Source: Nitrosopumilus sp. (GTDB lineage Archaea > Thermoproteota > Nitrososphaeria > Nitrososphaerales > Nitrosopumilaceae). From it: a stretch of 64,000 nt of DNA. A model generated the notes under the pieces. The model searched no databases, was not told where the DNA came from, and saw nothing but the letters and a program-made list of their open reading frames with translations. The position numbers and the translations under genes are program-made. Below, one piece after another: positions 52,602 to 64,000 of the stretch (position 1 is its first letter; every line of letters starts with the position of its first letter). The DNA lies in contig CBDBLX010000002.1 of NCBI GenBank assembly GCA_965207445.1, positions 1,239,849-1,303,848 on the forward strand, in the 5' to 3' direction.

Positions 52602-53057
52602 ATGAACTCTGCAACAAGAATACAAAACAATGTAGAGCGCTGGCTTGTACATGAGGGCTTAAAATTCAAGTATCAAAAACATGATGACGCCACATTCAAA
52701 GTGATTATCAGTGGTCCACCTGAGATACAAGATATAGACACTGAGATATTTGAGCCTGCCAGTCAGCAAGGTGTAATTGTGGTTGGAAAAAGATGCCCCT
52801 TTAAAACCACACAAAACCAGAGATATTTGAATATGACACAAGATGAACAGCAAAAAATACAAGACCGAATTGCCAAATATTGTGATTCTGTGGGCGCAGT
52901 ACATCGCTTTATGATGGATAACGGACGCGTCATGGTGGGTGTGTACATAGTGATCGACTCACAAGAGATGCAAAATCAGTCTTATTTTTCAGAGTCACTA
53001 CGACAGACGATACAAATGGCAGACAGTGTAAAAGAGTACATGCGACGTACCATATAG
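52602..53057 (+). CDS. Conserved hypothetical protein (DUF2299-like)
   Basis: NNVERWLVHEG, EIFEP; by resemblance. Confidence 0.65.
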   Translation: MNSATRIQNNVERWLVHEGLKFKYQKHDDATFKVIISGPPEIQDIDTEIFEPASQQGVIVVGKRCPFKTTQNQRYLNMTQDEQQKIQDRIAKYCDSVGAVHRFMMDNGRVMVGVYIVIDSQEMQNQSYFSESLRQTIQMADSVKEYMRRTI

Positions 53058-54493
53058 CTTTACAGATAATATTTGATTTAACGCATATTACGCATCTAGT
53101 CTTTCTCACACATTTGGTTGCAGTGTCACAATTACTATCATTACTCTACTTTCTCATTTCAGCGCCAATTCACAACACCTGACATGAAAACAGATATCAT
53201 GAATATTACACTTGAAATCCCCCCCCCCCCCCTCTCCCCACACCCCCTGCCCTCACACCTCTATGATTTTACATACATTACAATAGCACAAGAATGCCAT
53301 ATGCTATTGGTGATAGATATCATGTTCATGCAAAAGATCACATCAACGTATTGAATCAAGTGTATCACAAACAGTGTAGATACAATTGGACTCGCGCACA
53401 ACTCACAGACAAAAACCATCAATGCATTTTTTTGGAGAAAAAACATCAACAAACACTATATCTCAACCCTACCCCTAGGGGGTTACGCATACAAAAACAC
53501 CATTAATTGCTCAAGGTAGCAATCCAATATGTTTCTAAATTCGAATTTAGAAATATTAAATATGCAAGTAGTACGGTAACAGTTTATCTGGTAAAGTTCA
53601 ATCTACATCTCAACTATACATATTATGATATCAATATGAACTAATTATGACTTTAATTTGTGACATTTCTTTGCTTTTATCATAATGTACAAAATTGCAA
53701 ACTTGTGCCTAAGTGTTAAACCCCCCTTTTCAAAAACGTATTATAGGCACAATGCCATTTTATCAAAAATACCCGGCCAGAGGGGGGGTTTAGCTTTTGT
53801 GCCTGTATATGCAATGCAAAGGTCAAACCACCATGGTAGCTGGTTAGAGTATGTATTGTAATTTTATTTTGTGCCTAAGTGCTAAACCCCCCTTATTTTG
53901 GGTGTTTTAGTTGATTATAAAAAGATCATAATAAATTTGTGACACATGTGACAAGAAAAAAAGAAAAAATAAAGAAAGAAAAAACAAGTCACTGTTGGCA
54001 GTAAAATCTGTCTTTTACACGCTCAAATATTTTGATTGAATTTTAACCTGAACTAGGGGTGAATAATTGTTTGTTTGTTTGAGTGTGTTTTGATACTTGG
54101 TACTATGATAGCATTCCCAACAAACATGTTAATTGTTTTTGATCTTTTGGTCAGTATCGTTAAACAACGAACTGACACATTAACTTGTTTTGTACGTTAT
54201 CACTTATTTCTATCAAATTATCATCATTATACCTCTGCTACCAATTAGAACAAAAATCTTTTGATAAATTATCTAGTTGGTGCTCTACAAGTAATTTCAT
54301 TTTCATCCGTCTCTTTTTTTTAGTGCTTTGTTTACTAGTGTACTGATCTTTGACTTGCCAACAAGCAAAACACACATCTCAAATCTAGATGCGAATTTCA
54401 CCAACTCTATTTTACGCAAACCAAATTTACAACACTGATTTGATAATATGCTCCATCTCAAACAGTATTATTACACCATGCAAAACACCACAT

Positions 54494-54988
54494 ATGGGAA
54501 AGATAGTCCTAATCGTAGTTGCAGCAATAGTTGTATCTATGGCTTTTGCCATTTACATGTACACTGAATACAGAACCCAATATGTTGCAACTGCTACTGG
54601 TCAACCTGTCATGGTAGGTCCAGTAGAATACACAGTAGAGTTTGAAAATACACACAAGGGCGACAAAGAGGAGACACCAGAGCATATCTTTGTAATGATT
54701 AAACTTACAGCAGAGAATATGGGTGATGAAAGAACACTGTTGTCTGGAGGACAATTCTACATTGAAGAGCCAAATGGTAAGAGACACCAAGCAGTGTATG
54801 GTGACTTTTCACAAAAAGACTTGTTAGTGGAGTGGTTGGAGCCTGGTGATGTGGCAATCGAGCGAAATACACAGTTTGATATACCATTTGATGAGGATGC
54901 AACATACAACATAATGATAAGACCTCAAAAAGAACAGTCATCTAATATAGTAGCCGTCATTTGTATAACGAACTGTCCTGCTAATTAA
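54494..54988 (+). CDS. Membrane-anchored DUF4352-like Ig-fold protein
   Basis: N-terminal TM; FVMIKLTAEN.G, LEPG, FDIP. Confidence 0.75.
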   Translation: MGKIVLIVVAAIVVSMAFAIYMYTEYRTQYVATATGQPVMVGPVEYTVEFENTHKGDKEETPEHIFVMIKLTAENMGDERTLLSGGQFYIEEPNGKRHQAVYGDFSQKDLLVEWLEPGDVAIERNTQFDIPFDEDATYNIMIRPQKEQSSNIVAVICITNCPAN

Positions 54989-55022
54989 TTTCTAAATTCG
55001 AATTTAGAAACATTTACTATAT

Positions 55023-55454
55023 TCATGAATCATGAGATGGATTTAGTATGGGCATTACATACGCGTGGTTTGGTCTTATTGCAAGTATTATACGTTGCTC
55101 GTCTTTTTTTCGAAAAGGGTATTTGTCATACCCTGTCATATACTGTCGGGTCAGCGCATCGGCATGTTTGTAGTTATCATCAGGTATGATATCTTTGACT
55201 ATACCTCGAACTGATGCCATCATCAATGGATTATCAATTGATGTCACTGATATCGATACACGTTTGTCATGCAAAATGTTGCGATGTTTTACCCTACCTT
55301 TGGCAGTGTTAATCATGACTAGTCCATTTTGATAGTTTGCCCACACTGGAGTCACTTGCGGTGAACCATCCGGCATTATTGTTGCAAGATGTGTGATGTT
55401 TTTACCTGCTAATAGTTCTTGGATTGTTTCCAAGTCTTGTTTTTTGATTGGCAT
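55023..55454 (-). CDS. PPOX-class F420-dependent oxidoreductase
   Basis: LATIMPDGSPQVTPVW, KHRNI..DKRVSI. Confidence 0.9.
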   Translation of the reverse strand: MPIKKQDLETIQELLAGKNITHLATIMPDGSPQVTPVWANYQNGLVMINTAKGRVKHRNILHDKRVSISVTSIDNPLMMASVRGIVKDIIPDDNYKHADALTRQYMTGYDKYPFRKKDEQRIILAIRPNHAYVMPILNPSHDS

Positions 55455-55854
55455 GATGTTTACATGTATTTGAGATATATCTAGTAATGCATATCTTATC
55501 TCATAGTGGTTTTTTGGCAAAATTATGTCTGCTAAAATTTGTTACTTGAAATATACTGCTCAGAGGTACCTATTGTAAACACACTACTCCAAAAACACAT
55601 TACCACAACACACTACCATAACACATCATCAAAAAAAAAAACAAATTACCACAAAGCGCCTACAAATACACTACTAAAACACACTACCCAAAAAAACATA
55701 CTATCACGTACGGTAGATTTTATGAACAAGCAAAAAGCATTTGATCATCTGTCTTTGATCAATTACCTTTGATCAGTTACTTTTAATTGATCAACTACCA
55801 ACATCCATGTCTGTACATTCCCCCGTCGTATAGACGATGCACAAGACACAGACG

Positions 55855-56520
55855 CTAGTCGTTGTCAGTCTTTCCTTTTTTATTTCCCCGTGTATTATTA
55901 CGTGGCCGGGACTCTGCCGTCTTTGTTTTGACTGTTGATATATTGGCAGACTTTTTTCCACGTTTTGTCGCCTTTTGTGTTGTTGTGGTTGTGGGTTTAA
56001 GCGATTTTTTGGTCCCCCGCTTTTTACCCTTTTCCAATATGTTGGTAGTGGCGCGATTGATGATATCCACTATCAAATATGCCGAATACTCGGCCGTTGT
56101 AGGCTTTGCAGTAGACGTATCTATATCAGATAACACTTCACTTACAATATCTGCCAACCGTTTTGTCGTTTTGTCTATCACCGACGAGTATAAGGACTCA
56201 AAGTTCTCTGGAATCTCAAAATCCAGCAATCTTGTTGATGTTCCATAAAACTTTGTTATTCCACCACGTGACTCGTCTATCCTCGTCACCTCTATGAGGC
56301 CCGTCGTCTTGAGGATGTCTATATGATGACGTATTGTCGACACCGATTTTTTGGATCCGTCTTTTTGAATCGCCGCTGCGATCTCTTCTGCTGATAACGT
56401 TTTGTTATACAACATGGACAAGATCTTTGAGCGCATAGGATCACCTATTGCACGTGCGTGCTCTGTATTGACTGAGACTATCCGATTTGTACGGAGTCTT
56501 TTGTCCAATAGCGTTGCCAT
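55855..56520 (-). CDS. ArsR-type wHTH regulator with Lys/Thr-rich tail
   Basis: DPMRSKIL, STIRHHIDILK..GLI. Confidence 0.88.
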   Translation of the reverse strand: MATLLDKRLRTNRIVSVNTEHARAIGDPMRSKILSMLYNKTLSAEEIAAAIQKDGSKKSVSTIRHHIDILKTTGLIEVTRIDESRGGITKFYGTSTRLLDFEIPENFESLYSSVIDKTTKRLADIVSEVLSDIDTSTAKPTTAEYSAYLIVDIINRATTNILEKGKKRGTKKSLKPTTTTTQKATKRGKKSANISTVKTKTAESRPRNNTRGNKKGKTDND

Positions 56521-56856
56521 GTATATTACTAGCAAAAATAGTTAATAACACTAATGTTGCGATATAATTTTCATCTAATATACTATATTAGAATAACATT
56601 AGATATTAACTAAATTAATGATTTATTATCAAAATAATAATATAATACTTAATTTTTCTAATAAATTTTATTTATTTAGTAATATTTTAATTATAATATA
56701 ATTAATAGTTAATTTCAATTTATAAAATTAATATTAAAATTTAAAGAAAAAATTTTTGTAATATAATAATTTTATATTATTTTGAAAATATTATTTTAAA
56801 ATGATATTTATGATAATAATGTTGGTGGACATGTTAAGGATACAAAATATAACTAA

Positions 56857-56903
56857 CAGACTAGCACATATGACTAGCAGACTAGCACATATGACTAGCA
56901 GAC
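56857..56903. repeat. 21-bp tandem repeat x2.2
   Basis: CAGACTAGCACATATGACTAG. Confidence 0.9.
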
Positions 56904-57065
56904 GAGAATGCATGGCATTACATGATGTTGCTTTAATGATAAATTCGAGTTGAAATCAAAACATGTCAATTATAGCACCACGATTATGTATCGTCACGAT
57001 ATCCTGTTCTCATTCACGTCTCAAAAATGTATTCCTGCGGTGATATACTCATGTAGTGTACATGT

Positions 57066-58456
57066 TAGTAGTTCGCAATGTGCTCAATTTTTAATGATCT
57101 TATTTCTAATTATGCAGTGCGACAGATTTACAATGGTAAGGAACCACCGTGCTCCAATTCCCACCGAAGCAGTCTTCTGATTGAACCGGCAATTGAATCT
57201 ACAAACGCATCCATTGTGAATAATTTTTCATCTACAAGTCCGCCGTAATTTTCGTACCTTGCCATTACCCATAAACCATATAATAACATTCCAAAAAATA
57301 TCAACAGTAATCGAAGCTGCAAGGCGTTGCTAGTTGTCTTTGGAGTCGTGTTTTTTATCACTCTGTATCCCGTCTCTATTATCCAGCGCTTGCGATAAGT
57401 CTCTGGGATGGTTTTGATGAGTTTGCTTTTGCTAGTGATTTTCATATTTGTGGCAAATGCCACATACTGATCGACCGTTTTATCAGTTTCTTTGGCATTA
57501 TTTTTTTTGACGACAAGTAATGTGAACTTTACTGCTTTTTTGTTTTTATCACGCATCTCAATGACTGATGCAGTTTTTCTCTTTTTGTTGTGAACTTCTA
57601 AAATATATTTTTGTATGCGCTTATTTTTAATTGCCGGCATTATGAAAGACAGGCGCAAGCGCAAAAGTTCATCTATGCATGCAACATTGTAAAAACCCCG
57701 ATCAAAGAGGCCAAGTTCCGGACGTGCATCCTCTCGAATTAATTTTTCAATGATTTTACGCATGACTGTGACCATTTTATCCTTACTGGTCACACGATGT
57801 GCAAACAAAGGTATGTTACCTGCTTGATTTACCATTTGTGCCGTCATAAATGAATGAAATCTCGCAGTACCATTTTTGGGCTTTGTTTTTAGCATCTCGG
57901 GTTTGAGTGCCTTGCCATAATATTCCCATCCGGTCATATCAATTGCAATAGTACCACCTTTTTTGAGCATGTTGTGTTTTTTGGCATTTTTGAGCATTGC
58001 TTTGACATTCTCGTCACCCCATTGTTTTACTTTCTCTAGATCTGCACTTTTTAGGCATTTGAGCACAGTATTTTCAGATGGTATGTTTATGCGCTCGTTT
58101 TTTCTAAAATAGTTAGCCTCATTGCGTTTTCTTTTGTGTGTTGCTGCATTTACGCACATGTTGTTGAGTGACATGGTGACAAGTGTACCAAGATAATCAT
58201 CCACCTCATACGTGTGGTTATATCTGGTTGATATGTCTAGTCCGAGATCGTCGAATCGTTTTCGTAAAACTTTATAATTTACTTGTCCTAATTCATATTG
58301 ATGTTCTAGTACCTCATTTTTCATATATTGTCAGAGGTACTAAAATGTCCCCACATATTATACTTTCTATTTGATCTGATCAAATATGATCATCAACGTT
58401 CAACGACATTGCAGATTATTTAAATAAAATCATATAAAACACATTGCGAACTACTG
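57066..58456 (-). mobile_element. ISH3-family element
   Basis: 17-bp TIR (C/T)AGTAGTTCGCAATGTG; 4-bp TSD ATGT. Confidence 0.85.
57128..58324 (-). CDS. ISH3-family transposase
   Basis: AIDMT, FDRGFY, YRKRWIIETGYR. Confidence 0.92.
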   Translation of the reverse strand: MKNEVLEHQYELGQVNYKVLRKRFDDLGLDISTRYNHTYEVDDYLGTLVTMSLNNMCVNAATHKRKRNEANYFRKNERINIPSENTVLKCLKSADLEKVKQWGDENVKAMLKNAKKHNMLKKGGTIAIDMTGWEYYGKALKPEMLKTKPKNGTARFHSFMTAQMVNQAGNIPLFAHRVTSKDKMVTVMRKIIEKLIREDARPELGLFDRGFYNVACIDELLRLRLSFIMPAIKNKRIQKYILEVHNKKRKTASVIEMRDKNKKAVKFTLLVVKKNNAKETDKTVDQYVAFATNMKITSKSKLIKTIPETYRKRWIIETGYRVIKNTTPKTTSNALQLRLLLIFFGMLLYGLWVMARYENYGGLVDEKLFTMDAFVDSIAGSIRRLLRWELEHGGSLPL

Positions 58457-58716
58457 ATGTAACTCTTTTCAATTATACCTAACACACTCCAAAATTACCA
58501 ATTATAACATCCTCATATTTTTACGCGATCATTGATTATTGGGAAGTTATATCGTTGGATGAACAACATACATGTTTTGTTCATATAATCACTTATGTTA
58601 CAGTGTCACCCAAAGATATACAAACTATTTACACTCCCGCACGGACAACGTAGAATTATAGTCTATGACAGAGAACACTCGTAGAAGGGTGGAGGTTGTG
58701 CATATGGTGATTCTTA

Positions 58717-61700
58717 TTATCCTGATTCCGCATATATGTTGCTTATCGTGGGTTCTCTTGCCAGCCTTGTACGCCAACCTGCAATAATACTCGGATCAAT
58801 ATCCAGTATCTTTGCCGCGGCCTTGTCTATAATGATGCGCGCCTTGTCTTCAGTTGCCTGTTTTAATGGTAATAGTTCCATGTCACATACTTTATCATAA
58901 GCAGTGCGTAGATCATCCCAAGCGGGATTGTCTGGTTTTGGTATGCGTATTTCTGCCAAGTGGTCAAGTGACCATGCGAGATATGTTAATGTTTTGCTAC
59001 GGCGATTAAGCAACATCATTACAACGGGTGTAGAGTTCCACCACACCGATAGCGCTTTTGCCTCTTGTTTATTTTTTGTTGATGTATGTATGTAGCCCGT
59101 TCCAAAGGTTGCTATATTACTATAAAGCGCAGTCATGCGTGTGCTTGTTGTCCTGAACCGTCTTGCAATAAACAAACTACTACGTTTTTCCCAATGTTGT
59201 TCTGCTAGATGTTTTTTCGTCTTTAATGGTTTGTACCATGCATCAGGGACTGTATTATGTATGGTTTTTCTAAGATTGGTTCCTATGGATTCAAATACAT
59301 TCACAGCTCCTACTTCATCGGATTCACATTTTTCGTATGAACCGTCTATTCGTGGACCTACTTCGTGACTTACACCTAATGGCTCAAGCAGAGGGGAGTT
59401 TTCTAGTTTAGAAATTATCTCTGGCAGATCAATATCATACCATTGAACAGGTGTCCAATTTCCCATGCCTACGAGTTCTGCCGGCCAACTACATGTATTG
59501 CCCCACTTCTTGGCGTCGCCACTTATTATAGCATCTGCTGCCTCTATTGCTTGCTTGGTATTTTCTGGCATTTTGCGCAGAGATATAAATTCGGTTGGTG
59601 GTTTTATGTTGCCATCAAAACGCCTACATATCATCAGACACTCGTGTATGTTGGTTTTGTATGAAAAATTCACATGTTTGGGATCATGTGTTGTTATGAT
59701 GCACTCTACGTGAAATCTGTTGGCCAAAAACCTCCTCTCTGCAAACCCGGATGCGGTTACGCAGGCCGTGACTGGGAGAACTTTTGCCAACGTTCCATCT
59801 TTTGCATTCAATAATTTATCTGCAAGTGGAGTAAAGAATGTACGGATACTATTCGAATCTATGACTTTACCGGCCTCGGGATCTCTACGTGTGAGTTCTT
59901 TTTTTATTGCAAGTTCATTCTGCTGCATGAGTTTTACTACTGGTTTAGGATACTTGCGTCCGCGTTTGACATTACTTCCAAACGGTGGATTCATTATCAC
60001 CACATCCAGATCGCGTAACGGGAAATCTTTTGTCTGACTAGTACTGTCTATGTGCCTGGCTTGTATGTCACTTGTGCTGCGCAGCGGTTGAACAAACGCC
60101 CTTACTGGGTCTCGTTCACTGACACCTCGTAAAATTTCAACTGAGCCTGCCTTTACACTACTATCTTCAGACTGTGGCCCATGTTTCATGGTATAGAGGT
60201 TCATCTTCTTGTAGTCTGTAGTAGGTGCTCCGAGTGTAAGATTGCATGCTGCTAGTTGAACAGCATGTCTGTTTATATCGAGCCCGCAAATTGTATCTTC
60301 TACCATTTTACGATGAAGTTTCGCGTGTTCTTCTATGTCATCAAGCCCCTTGTTTTTCATACGGTCTTTTATCGTTTTTAATGCAGCCATCAATAGCGTG
60401 CCAGTACCACACGCAGGATCCATTATGCGCAACTGTGTTACTTTTTCCATATCACTCCAGTCCGCAAACTTGTCAGAAAATGCCATGCGTGCAAGCATCA
60501 AAGCAGACACATTGTGCGTATAATTTGCACTATCACTTGTTGCTGTACCCAGTATTTTGTGATAAAGTGGGCCTGCATGGTCATATCCGAGCTCACTCAA
60601 CGAATCTGCCATGGCATTGGCGCGGTCTATGATGCGGTACAATGCATTTCGTACGGGCTTATCAATGTCTGGCAGAGCCTTTACAACTTCCAGTGCGGGT
60701 TCAAAGACGGGCTCATAATCACGATCTAGTATGTGATTCCATGCCTTGATGAGTGAAGTGCGCGGGTTTGTAGATCCGTTTATGTCACCCAGTCCAACAA
60801 GCCCATCCAGCTTGCCCTGAAGTCGACGGTGCAATAAGCAGGCGTTGATGACAAGCAGGGCAGCTATTTTGCATATGTCGCGACTAGAATATTCTTCACT
60901 GTCTATGCGCAAGCCGATCACGGCTGCTAATTTCTCGTCAAGATCTGAAGACTTTTCAAAGACCCTACCTGCACTTCCTACAATCCATTCAATTTCATCT
61001 GTGACCATCTGTCCGGGCTTTGCCAAACCGGATGATGCGACTACTTTTGCATAGAACATCTCACTAATTTCCTCGAATTGAAGAGTGTCCTGTATGCCCT
61101 CTAACATAGTCCTGTGTTCGTCTACCCCTCCATTACCAAATGGTCCAAAAATATCTATAAACCGCGCAGGGTTCTCTGGAAGCCTTCCATCATGTGATTG
61201 CAATGCGCGTAGGACGCGACCAGTGGCCCTCCATTCATCTTTGGCCATCAACTCTTCTGTGATGTTGCCACTGTCCATGAGTGGGACTGGTATTATGATG
61301 CGCCCATGTGTTTTGTCTTTTGATTTACGCATGACGCGCCCAACGGCCTGTACTATATCCACCATACTGTCTCGTGGATCCAAAAATGCAACAGCGTTAA
61401 GTGATGGCACATCAACGCCCTCTGTAAACAGTTTAACATTGCACAACATACGTGGATTATCTTCTGTAGCGCTGCCTAGATTCCGCAGGGCTGTATTGCG
61501 CTCGTATGCACTAGAGTTTCCATCAACATGCTCCACCTTGTGCATTTCATCATCTTTTGTAGTCTGTACATAACCTGACATGCGATTTGCCAGTATTCTG
61601 TGCAAGTCCGGCATGTTCAACAGATCTCTGAATGCCTTGGAGCGCACCCTACTGTTGGCAAACCCAAGTACCCTTGGAAGTTTCTCACTTCCTCCTCCAT

Positions 61701-63106
61701 ATCGCTCCGTAATTCCGTTTATCGCAAGAGCTGTTCCAAGCAGGCGTTCTACATCCTCATATTTTATCACACGTCCATCCTCATCATCAGTTTTAAGCAT
61801 CAAATACTTGTCATACAAATCCTGAACTGCCTTGTCATCTTGCGTTAACATAATTGAAACCCTATAATCTGAAAGCATTTTTGCCGCTACTGCATCTTTG
61901 AATGTGAGTCGGTACAGCACCTCTCCATACTTTTTATCATCCTCCATATCAAACACATCATACCCACGTGATTTCATGGCCCTCTTTGACTTTGGTGTGT
62001 AAACGCGCGGTGTGGCAGTCATATAGAGGCGCATGCGGCCACGTACCGCGTTATTGTCATGTACTACATGAAAACCACTTTCTGATTCAACTCCTGTGGT
62101 ACGATGTGCCTCATCTGCAATGATTAAATCAAAATCTGGAGCTCTGTGCTCTAATTGCGCCTCGGAGACCTTGTCAAGGGACTGGTATGTGCAAAACACA
62201 ACATTAACACCAGATAATTGCAAGCCTGCTGCAATTTTTTCCGGATCAGTAGTTACAGCACATTCAAGATCAGATATTAAAATATCATCATTTTCACCAC
62301 GGCCTCCAGATGTATGGTCAGAGCACACAACCAATCCGTTTAGTGGACGTTCAGTGTATCTTAACCATTCACGGCGCGCCTGTGACACAAGAGCAATACT
62401 GGGTGCTAAAAACAGGATATTTAGTTTTAGTTCCCCCCCCCCCCCCCTTAACCACCACGGAGGGCGCTAGGCGCTCGGATATGCGCAATGAAGTATACGT
62501 CTTACCTGTACCACATGCCATTATAAGTTGGCCTCGGTTCTCACCTTCCTTTGATAGGCGCGTTACAACGCTTTCTATGGCCTTTACTTGCAATGGAAGC
62601 GGATTGCGTTTTTCATGTTTGATCTTCCCACTACTTGTCAACTTCACATTATCATATTCGTGAAAGTCGATGCGTCTAACAGGCGGTTGAACTTTTTGTA
62701 TGATCTCCTCTGCTTTTGGTCCCCACCTACAGGTTACTACAAACCATCGCATATCAAATTGACCAGACACTGCCAAAAACGAGTTTATTTCATCTCTATT
62801 CACATAATCGTCTTCATTATGACACTTGCATTGTATGGCCACAAGACTGCCATCCTTTAAGCGGGCCACTGCGTCTATACCACTATCTGCATATGGCAAA
62901 TCCGTAAGCTTTTCACGATCAGGCCACTTTTTCCACTGCCACGCATCTTCAACCTCAAAATCTGACATATCCTTTATGAGACGTAGCCACAACTTTTCAA
63001 ATTTATCACCCTTTTCAACTTTATCACGACTTTTTTGCCGTATGGTATCTAACATCTGGCCCGCAGTTGTTATTGTAATAGTATTATCTTCTTTCCCTTT
63101 CTTCAA
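58717..63106 (-). CDS. Type ISP-like single-chain restriction-modification enzyme (Mrr nuclease-SF2 helicase-N6 MTase-TRD), frameshifted at G15 tract
   Basis: GIDAVA..AIQCK; MACGTGKT; DEAH; TATP; QAVGR; DPACGTG; NPPF; frame break at 62433-62447. Confidence 0.88.
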
Positions 63107-63446
63107 GATATATCAAACTCCACCCACTACACCCATAGTTATGTTTTGTGACATTAAGATCTCTTGCAAACGCAGTTGGTCGGTGTTTATATGTACTTTT
63201 TATCTGAATTTGGTATTTGATGCTAAAAAGGTGTAAATTTTTAGTACTCTTTTGCGTGACTATGACGATAGTTTGGGATAGGGATAGAGTTAGTATCAAA
63301 AAGACAAACGGTGGATCACCTGCCGCCTTTTCTTCCTGAACTGTTTTTTGTTTCATTGTACATATACCACCAATTGGATGTATAACCATGCATATGTGCA
63401 ATCTAATGTCAGTGACGTTATAACGCTAGATTGACAACAACAAACA

Positions 63447-63620
63447 TTGACTAAATGGGCTGCCAATGCCACTGAATTCCAAGTATCCATAACCCATAAC
63501 GTGAAAAGGGGTACTAGTTACTCGTACATTCCAAAGCCTGTCCTTGCCAAACTTGGTAACCCAGAGGGTTTGAAGTTTATCATACGTGGCGACAAAATAC
63601 TAGTTACGTGTCCGGATTGA
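63447..63620 (+). CDS. Small AbrB-like protein (absent from ORF track)
   Basis: TTG start MTKWAANATEFQVSI...YIPKPVLAKLGNPEGLKFII. Confidence 0.65.
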   Translation: MTKWAANATEFQVSITHNVKRGTSYSYIPKPVLAKLGNPEGLKFIIRGDKILVTCPD

Positions 63621-64000
63621 CTGCAATGGTTCAAATCTGTATTAATTGTCACCCGCCGCGTTTGCAAGAGGAGAACCTTTTTTTGATGTATCCAATCCAT
63701 GTATGGCATTCATGAATCCATTTTTGTCATTGTCGGTGATCGACATTAGTGGAGTTATGCTTCTAACATGTTTTTGTAGCCATCCAGAATAGTACCGTAT
63801 AACGTTCCTTTCTATTGTCGTATAGTTTTTTTAAGATATTTTCTTCGGATTATATCATACTGAGTATCAGGAGCTCTCTGCTCTTGTATTTCTTTTTGAA
63901 TCTCGCTAAAACTTGATTATCCTTCCTAAGAGTGCGAGCTCAGGCTGAGACTATTTACATCGAACTCATCTTCCTCATCATCATCATAGTATGTGGGGCG

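Noticed and set aside
53700..53900. Canonical ORB replication origin
   Set aside because: No TCCA-N-TGGAA core before the G-string and no cdc6 gene in the window
63715..64000. Minus-strand acidic ORF at window edge
   Set aside because: Multiple stops and no recognisable motif

Overview
Archaeal DNA, most likely from a Thaumarchaeota/Nitrososphaerota (Nitrosopumilaceae/Cenarchaeum-like) lineage. This is inferred from the r-protein sequences and gene order, a PEFG-CTERM protein and DUF2299-like genes; the serpin, heavy IS load and pseudogenes suggest a host-associated lifestyle. The core block (8.8-22.9 kb) holds tRNA-Asn, an unassigned structured GC-richer intergenic element, the rpl3-rpl6 ribosomal protein cluster (no rpl2), ksgA and a PEFG-CTERM protein with an exact internal duplication. 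uL4, uL5 and uL24, and to a lesser degree uS3 and uL3, carry long acidic low-complexity extensions that look translationally coupled. The rest is an accessory mosaic of IS66, IS630, IS5-like, ISH3, IS481 and IS110 elements, at least three MITE families, many toxin-antitoxin modules (several toxins broken, antitoxins intact), two decayed DUF1156-MNT-HEPN-DUF499 defence loci, a secreted serpin, and a Type ISP-like restriction-modification gene frameshifted at a G15 tract. All assignments come from motif recognition by eye; no searches were run.
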